This document shows positions 1 to 8,634 of a DNA stretch of 64,000 nucleotides, in pieces. Made by a program: the position numbers and the translations under genes. How positions within the stretch are numbered: position 1 is the first letter of the stretch; the number at the start of each line of letters is the position of its first letter. The notes under the pieces were generated by a model. The model was not told where the DNA came from. It did no database searches and was given only the letters and a program-made list of their open reading frames with translations. The DNA is from Flavobacteriales bacterium (GTDB taxonomy: Bacteria > Bacteroidota > Bacteroidia > Flavobacteriales_F > PHOS-HE28), in NCBI GenBank assembly GCA_016788485.1, contig JAEUSV010000158.1:972-64971 (forward strand), in the 5' to 3' direction.

Positions 1-1
1 C

Positions 2-772
2 TACCTGTACAGCAACATCAGCCCGCAGCGCCCCGAGTTCAACCGCGGCAGCTGGAGCGACCTGGAGGACTGGGTGCGGCGCACCGTGCGTTACGGCAAC
101 GAACGCGTGTTCGTGGTGACCGGTCCGGTGCTGCGCGATGGCCTGCCCACGATGAACAACCCCGGTCACAAGAACGAGGTGCGCATCCCCGAGCTCTTCT
201 TCAAGGCGGTGGCCGACCTCGATGGGCCCGACAAGAAGATGATCGCCTTCGTGATGCGGAACGGCGTGAACGAGTATCCTGTGATCAGCTATGCGGTACC
301 GGTGGACAGCGTGGAGAAGCTCACCGGGCTCGACCTGTTCCCGGCGCTCGACGATGCCACCGAGAACGCCCTGGAGGCCCAGCGCGACCCGCAGGCCTGG
401 TACCATGCCGGCGACCCCTTCCTCGGCGAGGTGGAGCCCATGAAGGTCCCGCTCCCGAAGGGCATGTTCAACACCGTGCAGGCGAAGTACCAGGTGGGCA
501 ACACGGCCACCATCTGCGGCACGGTGGTGAGCACGCGGCGCACCGCCAAGGCCAACGCCATCTACCTGAACCTCGACCGCATGCACCCCGACCAGGTGTT
601 CTACGCCACCGTGTGGGACTACAACGGGCCGAACTTCCACTACGACCCCGAGACCGCGCTGCTGCACAAGAAGGTCTGCATCACCGGCAAGGTCACGTTG
701 TACGACGAGATCCCGCGGATCAGCGTGAACAACGAGAACGAGATCCTGCTCTGGGACGAGATCGTGAAATGA
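2..772 (+). CDS. DNA/RNA non-specific endonuclease (Serratia-nuclease/NUC1 type), 5' end outside the window, with a C-terminal OB-fold-like module
   Basis: The frame is open from the window edge. The translation YLYSNISPQRPEFNRGSWSDLEDWVR matches the N..PQ....N.G.W..LE segment of beta-beta-alpha-Me non-specific nucleases. The C-terminal ~100 aa (GNTATICGTVVSTRR...ITGKVTLYDEIPRISV) looks like an OB fold. Assignment is by motif only. Confidence 0.7.
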   Translation, partial: YLYSNISPQRPEFNRGSWSDLEDWVRRTVRYGNERVFVVTGPVLRDGLPTMNNPGHKNEVRIPELFFKAVADLDGPDKKMIAFVMRNGVNEYPVISYAVPVDSVEKLTGLDLFPALDDATENALEAQRDPQAWYHAGDPFLGEVEPMKVPLPKGMFNTVQAKYQVGNTATICGTVVSTRRTAKANAIYLNLDRMHPDQVFYATVWDYNGPNFHYDPETALLHKKVCITGKVTLYDEIPRISVNNENEILLWDEIVK

Positions 773-806
773 GGTGAAGGGCCCGGTGCCCGGTGCCGCC
801 GGCGGG

Positions 807-814
807 TACCTTTG
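807..814 (+). promoter_or_regulatory. -7 promoter box TACCTTTG (TAnnTTTG class), 4 nt upstream of ATG 819
   Basis: Exact octamer in the 46-nt gap after the nuclease stop. Spacer GGGC, then ATG. Confidence 0.45.
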
Positions 815-818
815 GGGC

Positions 819-3800
819 ATGTGCCCGAAGCTCCTTCCGCCTTCCCTGCTGTGCGCCTCGCTCGTCCTGTTCACCGCCTGTGGTGGTGGCGGGGAGGGCG
901 GGACGAACCCGCCCGCACCATCGGCCGGAGGCCCCTTGTTCACGGCGCTGGGCGCCGACGTCACCGGCATCGACTTCACCAACACGCTCACCGAGAGCCC
1001 GGAGGTCAACTACTTCACCTACGTGTACGCCTACAACGGCGGTGGCGTGGCCGCTGGCGACGTGAACAACGACGGGCTGGTGGACCTCTACTTCACCGGC
1101 AACCAAGTGCCCGACCGGCTCTACCTGAACAAGGGAGGCATGCGGTTCGAGGACGTCACGGACAAGGCCATCGGGCCGCTGGCGGCGGCGGGGTGGCGCA
1201 GCGGGGTGAGCATGGCCGACGTGGACGCCGACGGCTGGCTCGATATCTACGTGTGCCGCAGCGGTCCCACGAGCGACACGGCGCTCACGCGCAACCTCTT
1301 CTACCGCAACAACGGCAACGGCACCTTCACCGAGATGGCCCACGCCCTCGGCATCGCCGACACCACGCACAGCACGCAGGCCGCCTTCTTCGACGCCGAT
1401 GCCGACGGCGACCTCGACCTCTACGTGGCCAACCACCCGGCCGGTCGGGTGCGCGGCCTCAGCAACTTCGCCGCCATCCAGGCCGTGCAGGACCGCACCG
1501 CGCCCACCGACCGCTTCTACCGCAACAACGGCGGCCGCTTCACCGATGAGACCTACGCGGCCCATGTGCAGAACTACGCGTACAGCCTGGGCCTTGCCAT
1601 CGCCGACCTCGACAAGGACGGCCGCCCCGATGTGTACGAGGCGAACGACTTCGACGCGCCCGACCTGCTCTACACCAACCGCGGCGACGGCACCTTCGGC
1701 GAGCAGCTCCAGTTCCGCATGCGGCACATCAGCAACTTCGGCATGGGCTGCGATGTGGCCGACTACAACAACGATGCGCTGCCCGACATCATGACGCTGG
1801 ACATGACGGCGGACGACCACCGGCGCAACAAGACCAACATGGGCAGCATGAGCCCCGAGCGCTTCTGGGCCAACGTGCGCGGCGGCTACTTCTTCCAGTA
1901 CATGGTGAACACCCTGCAGCTCAACAACGGCAACGGCACCTTCAGCGAGGTGGGCCAGCTCGCCGGCGTGGCACGCACCGACTGGAGCTGGGCGCCGCTC
2001 TTCGCCGACCTCGACAACGATGGCTGGAAGGACCTGGTGGTGACCAACGGCTTCAAGCATGATGTGCGCAACAACGACTATGCGCGCACCACCTACGACA
2101 AGCTGCGCACCGGCGCCGATTTCTACGGCACGCTCGACCTCATCCCCAGCACCAAGCTGCGCAACTACCTCTTCCGCAACAACGGCGACCTCACCTTCGC
2201 CGACAGCTCGCAGGCCTGGGGCTTCACCGAGCCCTTCAACAGCAACGGCGCGGTGTACGCCGACCTCGACAACGACGGCGACCTCGACCTGGTGATCAAC
2301 AACCTCGACGACAAGGCCGGCGTGTTCCGCAACGGCACCGAGGCGAAGTTCCCTGACCGCCACTGGCTGCGGCTGCAGCTCGAGCGCGGCGGATCACCGG
2401 CGCTCGGCGCGCGGGCCACGCTGCGCCACCGCGGCACCGTGCAATACCAGGAGCTGTACCCCGTGCGCGGCTACCAGAGCACCGTGGAACCCGCGCTGCA
2501 TTTCGGGCTGGGCACCGCGGCCACCATCGACACCGTGGAGGTCCGGTGGGCCAACGGCGCCATCACGCTGCTCACCCAGGTGAAGGCCGACCAGCTGCTG
2601 AAGCTGAAGGAGGCCGAAGCGAAGCCCGCGCCGCCCGCGCCCGCCGCGCCGCCCACGCTCTTCGCCGAAGTGAAGGAGGGGCTGACGAAAGGCATGGTGC
2701 ACCGCGAGAACGAGTACAACGACTTCCAGCTCGAGGTGCTGCTGCCGCACAAGCAGAGCGAGGTGGGGCCCATGCTCGCCACCGCCGATGTGAACGGCGA
2801 CGGCCGTGACGATGTGTTCCTGGGCGGCTCGTTCATGCAGCCCGGCGCGCTCTTCCTGCAGGGTACCGACGGATCCTTCACTGCCGCGCCGTCGCAACCG
2901 TGGAAGGAGGTGTCCGCACAGGAGCAGGTGGGCGGGCTGTTCTTCGACGCCGACCGCGACAAGGACGCCGACCTGCTGGTGATCGCCGGCTCCAACGAGC
3001 TCGACCTGCGCGACGAGGCCTACACGCAACGCCTGTACCTCAACGACGGCAAGGGCGGCTTCCGCCCGGCGACCGACGCGCTGCCGGCGCTGATGACCAG
3101 TGGACAGCGTGCCGCAGCGGCCGACATCGACGGTGATGGCGATCAGGACCTCTACCTCGGCGGACGCCAGACGCCCGCGCACTACCCGTATGCGCCACGC
3201 AGTTACCTGCTGGTGAACGACGGTCGTGGCCGCTTCACCGATGCCACGCAGCAGCTGGCACCCGAGGCCATGGGACCCGGCATGATCACCGCCGTGGTGT
3301 TCGCCGACACCGACAACGACCGCGACCCCGACCTGCTGCTGGCGGGCGAATGGATGGGGCTGCGGCTCTTCCGCAACAATGGCGGCCGCTTCACCGATGC
3401 CAGCACCGCCTCGGGCCTCGGCGCCCTCAAGGGCTGGTGGAGCAGCCTGGCCACGGCCGACCTCAATGGCGACGGACGCCTGGACCTGATCGCCGGCAAC
3501 CTGGGCTGGAACAGCAAGTTCCACGGCACCGCCGAGCACCCCGTGCACATCTACTGGGCCGACTTCGATGATAACGGCCGCCATGACATCGTGCTGGCCA
3601 AGGAGAAGGGCGGCAAGCAGCTGCCGGTGCGCGGCCGTGAGTGCAGCAGCCAGCAATGCCCGCAGATCCTGCAGAAGTTCCCCAGCTACGAGCAGTTCGC
3701 CGAGGCCGACCTCGGCCGCATCTACACGCCAGAGAAGCTCGCCACCGCGTTGCACCTCGAAGCGAACTGGATGTGGAGCTGCGTGCTGCTCGCCAAGGCC

Positions 3801-4142
3801 GATGGCACCTACGAGCCGCACAAGCTGCCCACCATCGCGCAGGTGTCGCCGATCACGGGCATCGTGGTGCTCGATGTGGACGGCGACGGTGACCAGGACG
3901 TGGTGTGCGCCGGCAACAATTGGGGCGCCGAGGTGGAGACCGTGCGCTACGACGCCGGCATCGGCTGCGTGCTGCTCAATGATGGCAAGGGCGGGCTCAG
4001 CGCCATGCCGGCCACGCGCAGCGGCCTGTTCGCCTGGGGCAACGTGAAGGACCTGGCCCTGGTGCGCCGCAACGGCCGGCCGCTGGTGCTGGTGGCCAAC
4101 AACAACGAGCCCCTGCAGGCCTTCGAGCTCAGGGCGCGGTGA
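819..4142 (+). CDS. CRTAC1-like FG-GAP/VCBS repeat lipoprotein with ASPIC/UnbV-like domain
   Basis: Lipoprotein signal MCPKLLPPSLLCASLVLFTAC. Many D.N.DG..D calcium-type FG-GAP repeats. The central VEVRWANGAITLL segment is typical of ASPIC/UnbV. Start moved from GTG 774 to in-frame ATG 819 because of the adjacent TACCTTTG box. Confidence 0.8.
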   Translation: MCPKLLPPSLLCASLVLFTACGGGGEGGTNPPAPSAGGPLFTALGADVTGIDFTNTLTESPEVNYFTYVYAYNGGGVAAGDVNNDGLVDLYFTGNQVPDRLYLNKGGMRFEDVTDKAIGPLAAAGWRSGVSMADVDADGWLDIYVCRSGPTSDTALTRNLFYRNNGNGTFTEMAHALGIADTTHSTQAAFFDADADGDLDLYVANHPAGRVRGLSNFAAIQAVQDRTAPTDRFYRNNGGRFTDETYAAHVQNYAYSLGLAIADLDKDGRPDVYEANDFDAPDLLYTNRGDGTFGEQLQFRMRHISNFGMGCDVADYNNDALPDIMTLDMTADDHRRNKTNMGSMSPERFWANVRGGYFFQYMVNTLQLNNGNGTFSEVGQLAGVARTDWSWAPLFADLDNDGWKDLVVTNGFKHDVRNNDYARTTYDKLRTGADFYGTLDLIPSTKLRNYLFRNNGDLTFADSSQAWGFTEPFNSNGAVYADLDNDGDLDLVINNLDDKAGVFRNGTEAKFPDRHWLRLQLERGGSPALGARATLRHRGTVQYQELYPVRGYQSTVEPALHFGLGTAATIDTVEVRWANGAITLLTQVKADQLLKLKEAEAKPAPPAPAAPPTLFAEVKEGLTKGMVHRENEYNDFQLEVLLPHKQSEVGPMLATADVNGDGRDDVFLGGSFMQPGALFLQGTDGSFTAAPSQPWKEVSAQEQVGGLFFDADRDKDADLLVIAGSNELDLRDEAYTQRLYLNDGKGGFRPATDALPALMTSGQRAAAADIDGDGDQDLYLGGRQTPAHYPYAPRSYLLVNDGRGRFTDATQQLAPEAMGPGMITAVVFADTDNDRDPDLLLAGEWMGLRLFRNNGGRFTDASTASGLGALKGWWSSLATADLNGDGRLDLIAGNLGWNSKFHGTAEHPVHIYWADFDDNGRHDIVLAKEKGGKQLPVRGRECSSQQCPQILQKFPSYEQFAEADLGRIYTPEKLATALHLEANWMWSCVLLAKADGTYEPHKLPTIAQVSPITGIVVLDVDGDGDQDVVCAGNNWGAEVETVRYDAGIGCVLLNDGKGGLSAMPATRSGLFAWGNVKDLALVRRNGRPLVLVANNNEPLQAFELRAR

Positions 4143-5180
4143 TCAACGGGCGGCGGCCAGCGTGAAGCTGAAGGTGGTGCCGCGGCCCTCCTCGCTGCGC
4201 ACGCTGATGCCCTGTCCGTGCGACTCAACGATGTGCTTCACGATCGCGAGGCCGAGGCCGCTGCCGCCCTCGTGCCGTGCGCGGCTCTTGCCCACCCGGT
4301 AGAAGCGCTCGAACAGGCGAGGCAGGTGCTCCGCACTGATGCCGATGCCGTCGTCGCTCACCTCCACCAGCACCTGCTCATCCTCCAGCGGGAACGCGCG
4401 CACCTCGCAACGACCACCGTCGCGGCCGTAGTTGATGGCATTGGTGAAGAGGTTGAGGAACACCTGCGCCATGCGGTCGCGGTCGGCCATCACCCAAACG
4501 GGCTCGGGCATCGCGCACACCAGCTTCACCTGCTTCTCCCGTGCCTGGATCTCGAGTTCGCTGATCAGCCCACGCACCAGTTCCGCCAGGTCCATGCGCA
4601 CCATGCGCATCGACATCACCCCGCTCTCCAGCTGGGTGATCATGTCCAGGTCCTCCACGATCTTGATCAGCCGGTCCACCCCGTTGCTCGCACGGTTCAG
4701 GAAGTCCCGGTTCACCTTGGCATCCTCCAGCCCGCCTTCGAGCAGGGTGAGGATGTAGCCCTGGATGTTGAAGATGGGCGTCTTGAGCTCGTGGGCCAGG
4801 TTGCCGATGAACTCGCGCCGGAACTGCTCGCGCGCCTTGAGCTCGGTGATCTCCTCACTGCGCTGCTCCGCCCAGGCCGTCACCTCACTGTCCAGCTCGC
4901 CCAGCACGTCCGCATCGGGCTCGGTGCCCGCACGTCCGCCCGCGGTCATGCGGATGTCGTTGATGCGGCGCAGGATCAGGCTCACGCGGGCCTGGATGAA
5001 GCGCTTCACCAGCAACAGGGTCGCGATGTACGCGGCCACCACCGCCACCGCTGCGGCAGGCAGCAGCCCTGCCGGGATGCCCTGCCCCGACAGTACCAGC
5101 AACAGGACCACCAGGCCCAGGGCGGCCAGGATGGTGGTGGCCACCAGCAGGGCCGTGCGCCGGGGGGTCAGGTGGGGCAT
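4143..5180 (-). CDS. Sensor histidine kinase (PhoR-like architecture), no adjacent response regulator
   Basis: Two N-terminal TM segments, H-box HELKTPIFNIQGY, ATPase boxes NAINYG / DDGIGI / GGSGLGLAI. In-frame ATG 5180 preferred over GTG 5210. Confidence 0.8.
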   Translation of the reverse strand: MPHLTPRRTALLVATTILAALGLVVLLLVLSGQGIPAGLLPAAAVAVVAAYIATLLLVKRFIQARVSLILRRINDIRMTAGGRAGTEPDADVLGELDSEVTAWAEQRSEEITELKAREQFRREFIGNLAHELKTPIFNIQGYILTLLEGGLEDAKVNRDFLNRASNGVDRLIKIVEDLDMITQLESGVMSMRMVRMDLAELVRGLISELEIQAREKQVKLVCAMPEPVWVMADRDRMAQVFLNLFTNAINYGRDGGRCEVRAFPLEDEQVLVEVSDDGIGISAEHLPRLFERFYRVGKSRARHEGGSGLGLAIVKHIVESHGQGISVRSEEGRGTTFSFTLAAAR

Positions 5181-5307
5181 GCGGCCACGAAGATACCGCC
5201 CACCGGCCACGCAAAGCCTTGTCCGGCGCGGACTTCCGGAAGCCGACCGGCTTAACCTTCAGGAAACATGGGGGCTCTAGCTTCGCCCGTTCAGTCCGTC
5301 CACCTCC

Positions 5308-6996
5308 ATGGAATTCGGCCTCCTCGAACTGCTCACCCTCGCCGGGGCGTTGGCGCTCTTCATCCACGGGATGAAGCTGTTGAGCGAGGGCCTGCAGAAA
5401 ACGGCGGGCGCCCGCATGCGGCGCGTGCTCGACACCATGACGCGCAATCCCGTGCGCGGGGTGCTCACGGGCTTCAGCACCACGGCCATCGTCCAGTACT
5501 CGTCGGTCACCATCGTGATGGTGGTGAGCTTCGTGAACGCCGGCCTGCTGAGCCTGCGACAGAGCATCCCCGTGATCATGGGCGCCAACATCGGCACCAC
5601 GCTCAAGTCGCTGCTCTTCGTGTGGGTGGGATTCGCCAGCCTGAAGCTCACCGTGGTGGCCCTGCCGATCCTGGGCGTGGCCTTCCCCCTGCTCTTCCTC
5701 AAGGGCGGGCGCATCAAGGCCGCCACCGAGGTGCTGCTGGGCATGGCGCTGCTCTTCCTCGGCCTCGACCTGCTGAAGGAGAACGTGCCGCACTTCAGCG
5801 CCGACGCGCTGTCCTTCCTGCACGACCTGGCGGACAACGGCGCATTGAGCGTGCTGCTCTTCGTGCTCATCGGCGCGGTGCTGGCCATCGCCGTGCAGAG
5901 CAGCTCCGTGGCCCTGGCCCTCACCATGGCCATGTGCCAGAGCGGCACCATCGGCTACGAGATGGCCGCGGCCATCGTGCTCGGGGAGAACATCGGCACC
6001 ACGCTCACGGCCAACATCGCGGCCCTGGTGGCCAACGCATGGGGCAAGCGGGCGGCCCGCGCGCACCTGCTGTTCAACGTGATCGGCGTGGGCTGGGCCC
6101 TGCTGCTCTTCGGCCCCTACCTGCGCGGCATCGACCTGCTGGTGCAGGCCGCCACCGGCGCCTCGCCCTACACCGCCCCCACCGCCGTGCTCTGGGCGCT
6201 CACCTTCCTGCACATCAGCTTCAACCTGATCAACACCCTGCTGCTCATCAACTTCGTCCCCACCATCGAGAAGCTGGTGACGCGCATGGTGCCCTCCCGC
6301 GGCGAGGTGGACGAGGAGTACCGCCTGGAGTACATCGAGGACCCCATGATGCCGCTGAGCCCCGAGCTGTCGCTGCTGGAGGCGCGCAAGGAGGTGCTCA
6401 AGTTCGGCCGCCTCACCCAGCGCATGCACGGCATGCTGCGCGACCTGCTCATCGAGAAGGATGCCGGAGAGCGCACGCGGCTGCTCGAGCGCATCGCCAA
6501 GTACGAGGACATCACCGACCGCATCGAGGTGGAGGTGAGCAAGTACCTGACCAAGACCGGGGCCGAGGCGCGCAACGAGGAGATGAGCGAGCGCGTGCGC
6601 GCCCTGCTGGCCATCATCGGGGACCTGGAGCGCGTGGGCGACATCCTCTTCCAGATGAGCAAGAGCGTGGAGCGCAAGTCCGATGAACGCCTGTGGTTCA
6701 GCCCCGAGCAGCGCCAGAGCCTGCTGGAGATGATGATCCTGGTGGACCGCGCCTTCGAGGTGATGCTCGAGAACCTCGGTGCCGACGACGAGCGCGTGAA
6801 GCTCGACGCCGCCATGGAGGCCGAACAGCGGATCAACCAGCTGCGCGACCAGCTGCGTCGCGCCCACCTGAAGAGCGTGGAGAGCGGCGACCACAACATC
6901 AAGAGCGGCATGGTCTACAACGACCTCTTCAGCAGCTGCGAGAAGGTGGGCGACCACCTGATCAACGTGAGCGAAGCGCTTGCCGGTGAGGTATGA
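5308..6996 (+). CDS. Na/Pi cotransporter family protein with C-terminal PhoU-like domain
   Basis: Polytopic N-half with duplicated GANIGTT / GENIGTT motifs. The C-half carries two PhoU-like helical repeats (LERVGDILF, CEKVGDHLI). Confidence 0.85.
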   Translation: MEFGLLELLTLAGALALFIHGMKLLSEGLQKTAGARMRRVLDTMTRNPVRGVLTGFSTTAIVQYSSVTIVMVVSFVNAGLLSLRQSIPVIMGANIGTTLKSLLFVWVGFASLKLTVVALPILGVAFPLLFLKGGRIKAATEVLLGMALLFLGLDLLKENVPHFSADALSFLHDLADNGALSVLLFVLIGAVLAIAVQSSSVALALTMAMCQSGTIGYEMAAAIVLGENIGTTLTANIAALVANAWGKRAARAHLLFNVIGVGWALLLFGPYLRGIDLLVQAATGASPYTAPTAVLWALTFLHISFNLINTLLLINFVPTIEKLVTRMVPSRGEVDEEYRLEYIEDPMMPLSPELSLLEARKEVLKFGRLTQRMHGMLRDLLIEKDAGERTRLLERIAKYEDITDRIEVEVSKYLTKTGAEARNEEMSERVRALLAIIGDLERVGDILFQMSKSVERKSDERLWFSPEQRQSLLEMMILVDRAFEVMLENLGADDERVKLDAAMEAEQRINQLRDQLRRAHLKSVESGDHNIKSGMVYNDLFSSCEKVGDHLINVSEALAGEV

Positions 6997-7090
6997 ACAA
7001 GTAACAAGGGTCGAGTATCAAGTCACAAGGGCCGAATGACCTTGTGACCTGCCACCTGTCGCTTGCGACTTGATACTTGTGACGTGACCC
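6996..7090. repeat. Cluster of 13-14 nt CAAGTNACAAGG units in both orientations, forming nested hairpins between convergent genes (probable bidirectional terminator)
   Basis: Forward-orientation units: AACAAGTAACAAGG 6996-7009 and ATCAAGTCACAAGG 7017-7030. Inverted units: CCTTGTGACCTGCC 7041-7054, CTTGCGACTTGATA 7062-7075, CTTGTGACGTGACC 7077-7090. Inverted pairs: TCACAAGG 7023-7030 with CCTTGTGA 7041-7048, and AGTATCAAGTCACAAG 7014-7029 with CTTGCGACTTGATACT 7062-7077 (1 mismatch). Confidence 0.7.
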
Positions 7091-7100
7091 TCGGGCCTGC

Positions 7101-7607
7101 TCAGGGCACGATGATGCGATCAGTGTACACCACGTTGCTCTCGTGCAACGCACGGTCCACGAGCTTCACGCTGTAGCGGATGGTGTCGCCGGTGGTGCCC
7201 GGAAGCGTGGGCCAGGGCTTCAGCGCCACGGCGATCTCGCCCTCCAGCGCCTTGTTCTGCCCCGTGGGGGTCACAACCGGAACGCGGTAATACAGAGGCA
7301 GGGTGAAAGGGAACGGCGCGCTCCACACGTTGTTCTCCAACGTGTAGTACTCGATGAACAGGTTGTGGTAGTACGGCTGGCCCGGCGCGTACACCCCGTT
7401 GGTGTCGCCCTGGCCCAGGCCGATGTCGCCATCGCCATCGGTGAAGGTGATCACCACCGACGCGGAATCGCCGAAGCTCTTGAACTCCTTGTAGAGGATC
7501 GAGGGCTCCACCGGGAACTCCTCGGTCTTGAGGCAGCCCCCCAGCAGCAGGGCCACCGCGGCGGTGGCGGCTAACTTGCGGGCGGTGCGGGCTTCGGTGC
7601 GCATCAT
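7101..7607 (-). CDS. Hypothetical lipoprotein
   Basis: Signal and lipobox MMRTEARTARKLAATAAVALLLGGC. Coding-like composition. Start set at the ATG pair 7607/7604 rather than 7625, which would overlap the divergent gene. Confidence 0.55.
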   Translation of the reverse strand: MMRTEARTARKLAATAAVALLLGGCLKTEEFPVEPSILYKEFKSFGDSASVVITFTDGDGDIGLGQGDTNGVYAPGQPYYHNLFIEYYTLENNVWSAPFPFTLPLYYRVPVVTPTGQNKALEGEIAVALKPWPTLPGTTGDTIRYSVKLVDRALHESNVVYTDRIIVP

Positions 7608-7609
7608 CG

Positions 7610-7617
7610 CAAAGGTA
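7610..7617 (-). promoter_or_regulatory. -7 promoter box TACCTTTG, 2 or 5 nt upstream of ATG 7607/7604
   Basis: Plus strand reads CAAAGGTA. It lies in the 16-nt gap between divergent starts 7607(-) and 7624(+). Confidence 0.4.
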
Positions 7618-7623
7618 AGGTCC

Positions 7624-8634
7624 ATGCAGCCCGCCCCGCCCCCACCCTACGCCGCACTGGCCGAGCGGGTGTTCGCCGTTGACGGGCCCGAAGCCTTCAA
7701 CGCCCTGGCGCTGGAGCTATTTCACCTGCACGCCGCCCACAACCCCGTGTACCGTGGATTCCTGCAGGGGCTGCGCCGCGACCCTGCCACCGTGCGCACC
7801 GTGGCCGACATCCCCTTCCTGCCCATCGGCGTGTTCCGCAACCACCACGTGCTGCTCGAAGGCCTGGAGCCTGCGTTCAGCTTCACAAGCAGCGGCACAA
7901 CAGGTGCGGTCACCTCCACACACCTCGTGCCCTGGCCTTCGCTGTACGAACGCTCCTTCCTGCGCTCGTTCGAAGCCGTGTACGGACCGGTGAACGAGTG
8001 GCGGATCCTGGCCCTGTTGCCCGCCTACCTGGAGCGCAGCGGCAGTTCGCTCGTGTACATGGCCGAAAAGCTGATCGCACGGAGCGGCGATCCGCTGGGC
8101 GGCACCTACCTGTACCAGTACGACCGGCTCGCCGATGTGCTCAAGCAGAGTGAAGCAGAGGGAAAGAAGACCCTGTTGCTCGGCGTCACCTTCGCGCTGC
8201 TCGACCTGGCGGAAAAGCACCCGATGCCCTTGCGCCACACCACCATCATGGAGACCGGTGGCATGAAGGGGCGCAGGCCGGAGCTGGTGCGCGAGGAACT
8301 GCACGCCATCCTGCAACGGGCCTTCGGCGTTCCAGCCGTGCACAGCGAGTACGGCATGACGGAACTGCTCTCCCAGGGCTGGAGCACCGGCCAGGGCCTC
8401 TACCGCTGCCCCCCATGGATTCGTGCGGTGGCGCGCGGCACCGACGACCCCTTCGAGCGGCCAGCACCCGGCCGTACCGGCGGGCTCAATGTCATCGACC
8501 TCGCCAACATCGCCAGCTGCCCCTTCATCGCCACGCAGGACCTCGGCCGCGTGCATGCCGACGGTTCCTTCGAAGTGCTCGGGCGCTTCGACTTCAGCGA
8601 CCTGAGGGGGTGTAATCTGCTGGTGGCGGACTAG
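7624..8634 (+). CDS. LuxE-like acyl-protein synthetase / adenylate-forming family protein
   Basis: 336 aa. The N-terminus ([23 protein letters not shown]) and the TSGTTG nucleotide-binding-like motif resemble the LuxE-type proteins common in Bacteroidota. In-frame ATG 7624 chosen. Confidence 0.55.
   Translation: MQPAPPPPYAALAERVFAVDGPEAFNALALELFHLHAAHNPVYRGFLQGLRRDPATVRTVADIPFLPIGVFRNHHVLLEGLEPAFSFTSSGTTGAVTSTHLVPWPSLYERSFLRSFEAVYGPVNEWRILALLPAYLERSGSSLVYMAEKLIARSGDPLGGTYLYQYDRLADVLKQSEAEGKKTLLLGVTFALLDLAEKHPMPLRHTTIMETGGMKGRRPELVREELHAILQRAFGVPAVHSEYGMTELLSQGWSTGQGLYRCPPWIRAVARGTDDPFERPAPGRTGGLNVIDLANIASCPFIATQDLGRVHADGSFEVLGRFDFSDLRGCNLLVAD

Noticed and set aside
720-2363. A 547-aa minus-strand ORF. 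Similar antisense ORFs occur at 2394..3821, 4885..6957, 34944..37241, 37132..38469, 38411..40630, 32456..35164, 60573..61967 and 62031..63437.
   Set aside because: All are antisense to genes with strong motif support. They have the V/A/G/H/R/E-rich, low-complexity look expected from stop-codon-poor high-GC DNA.
5181-5307. Pho-box-like operator in the kinase / Na-Pi symporter divergent region.
   Set aside because: I saw no convincing direct repeats, and the Pho box of Bacteroidota is not something I can define from memory. Only a weak GGCTTTGC promoter-like element is present.
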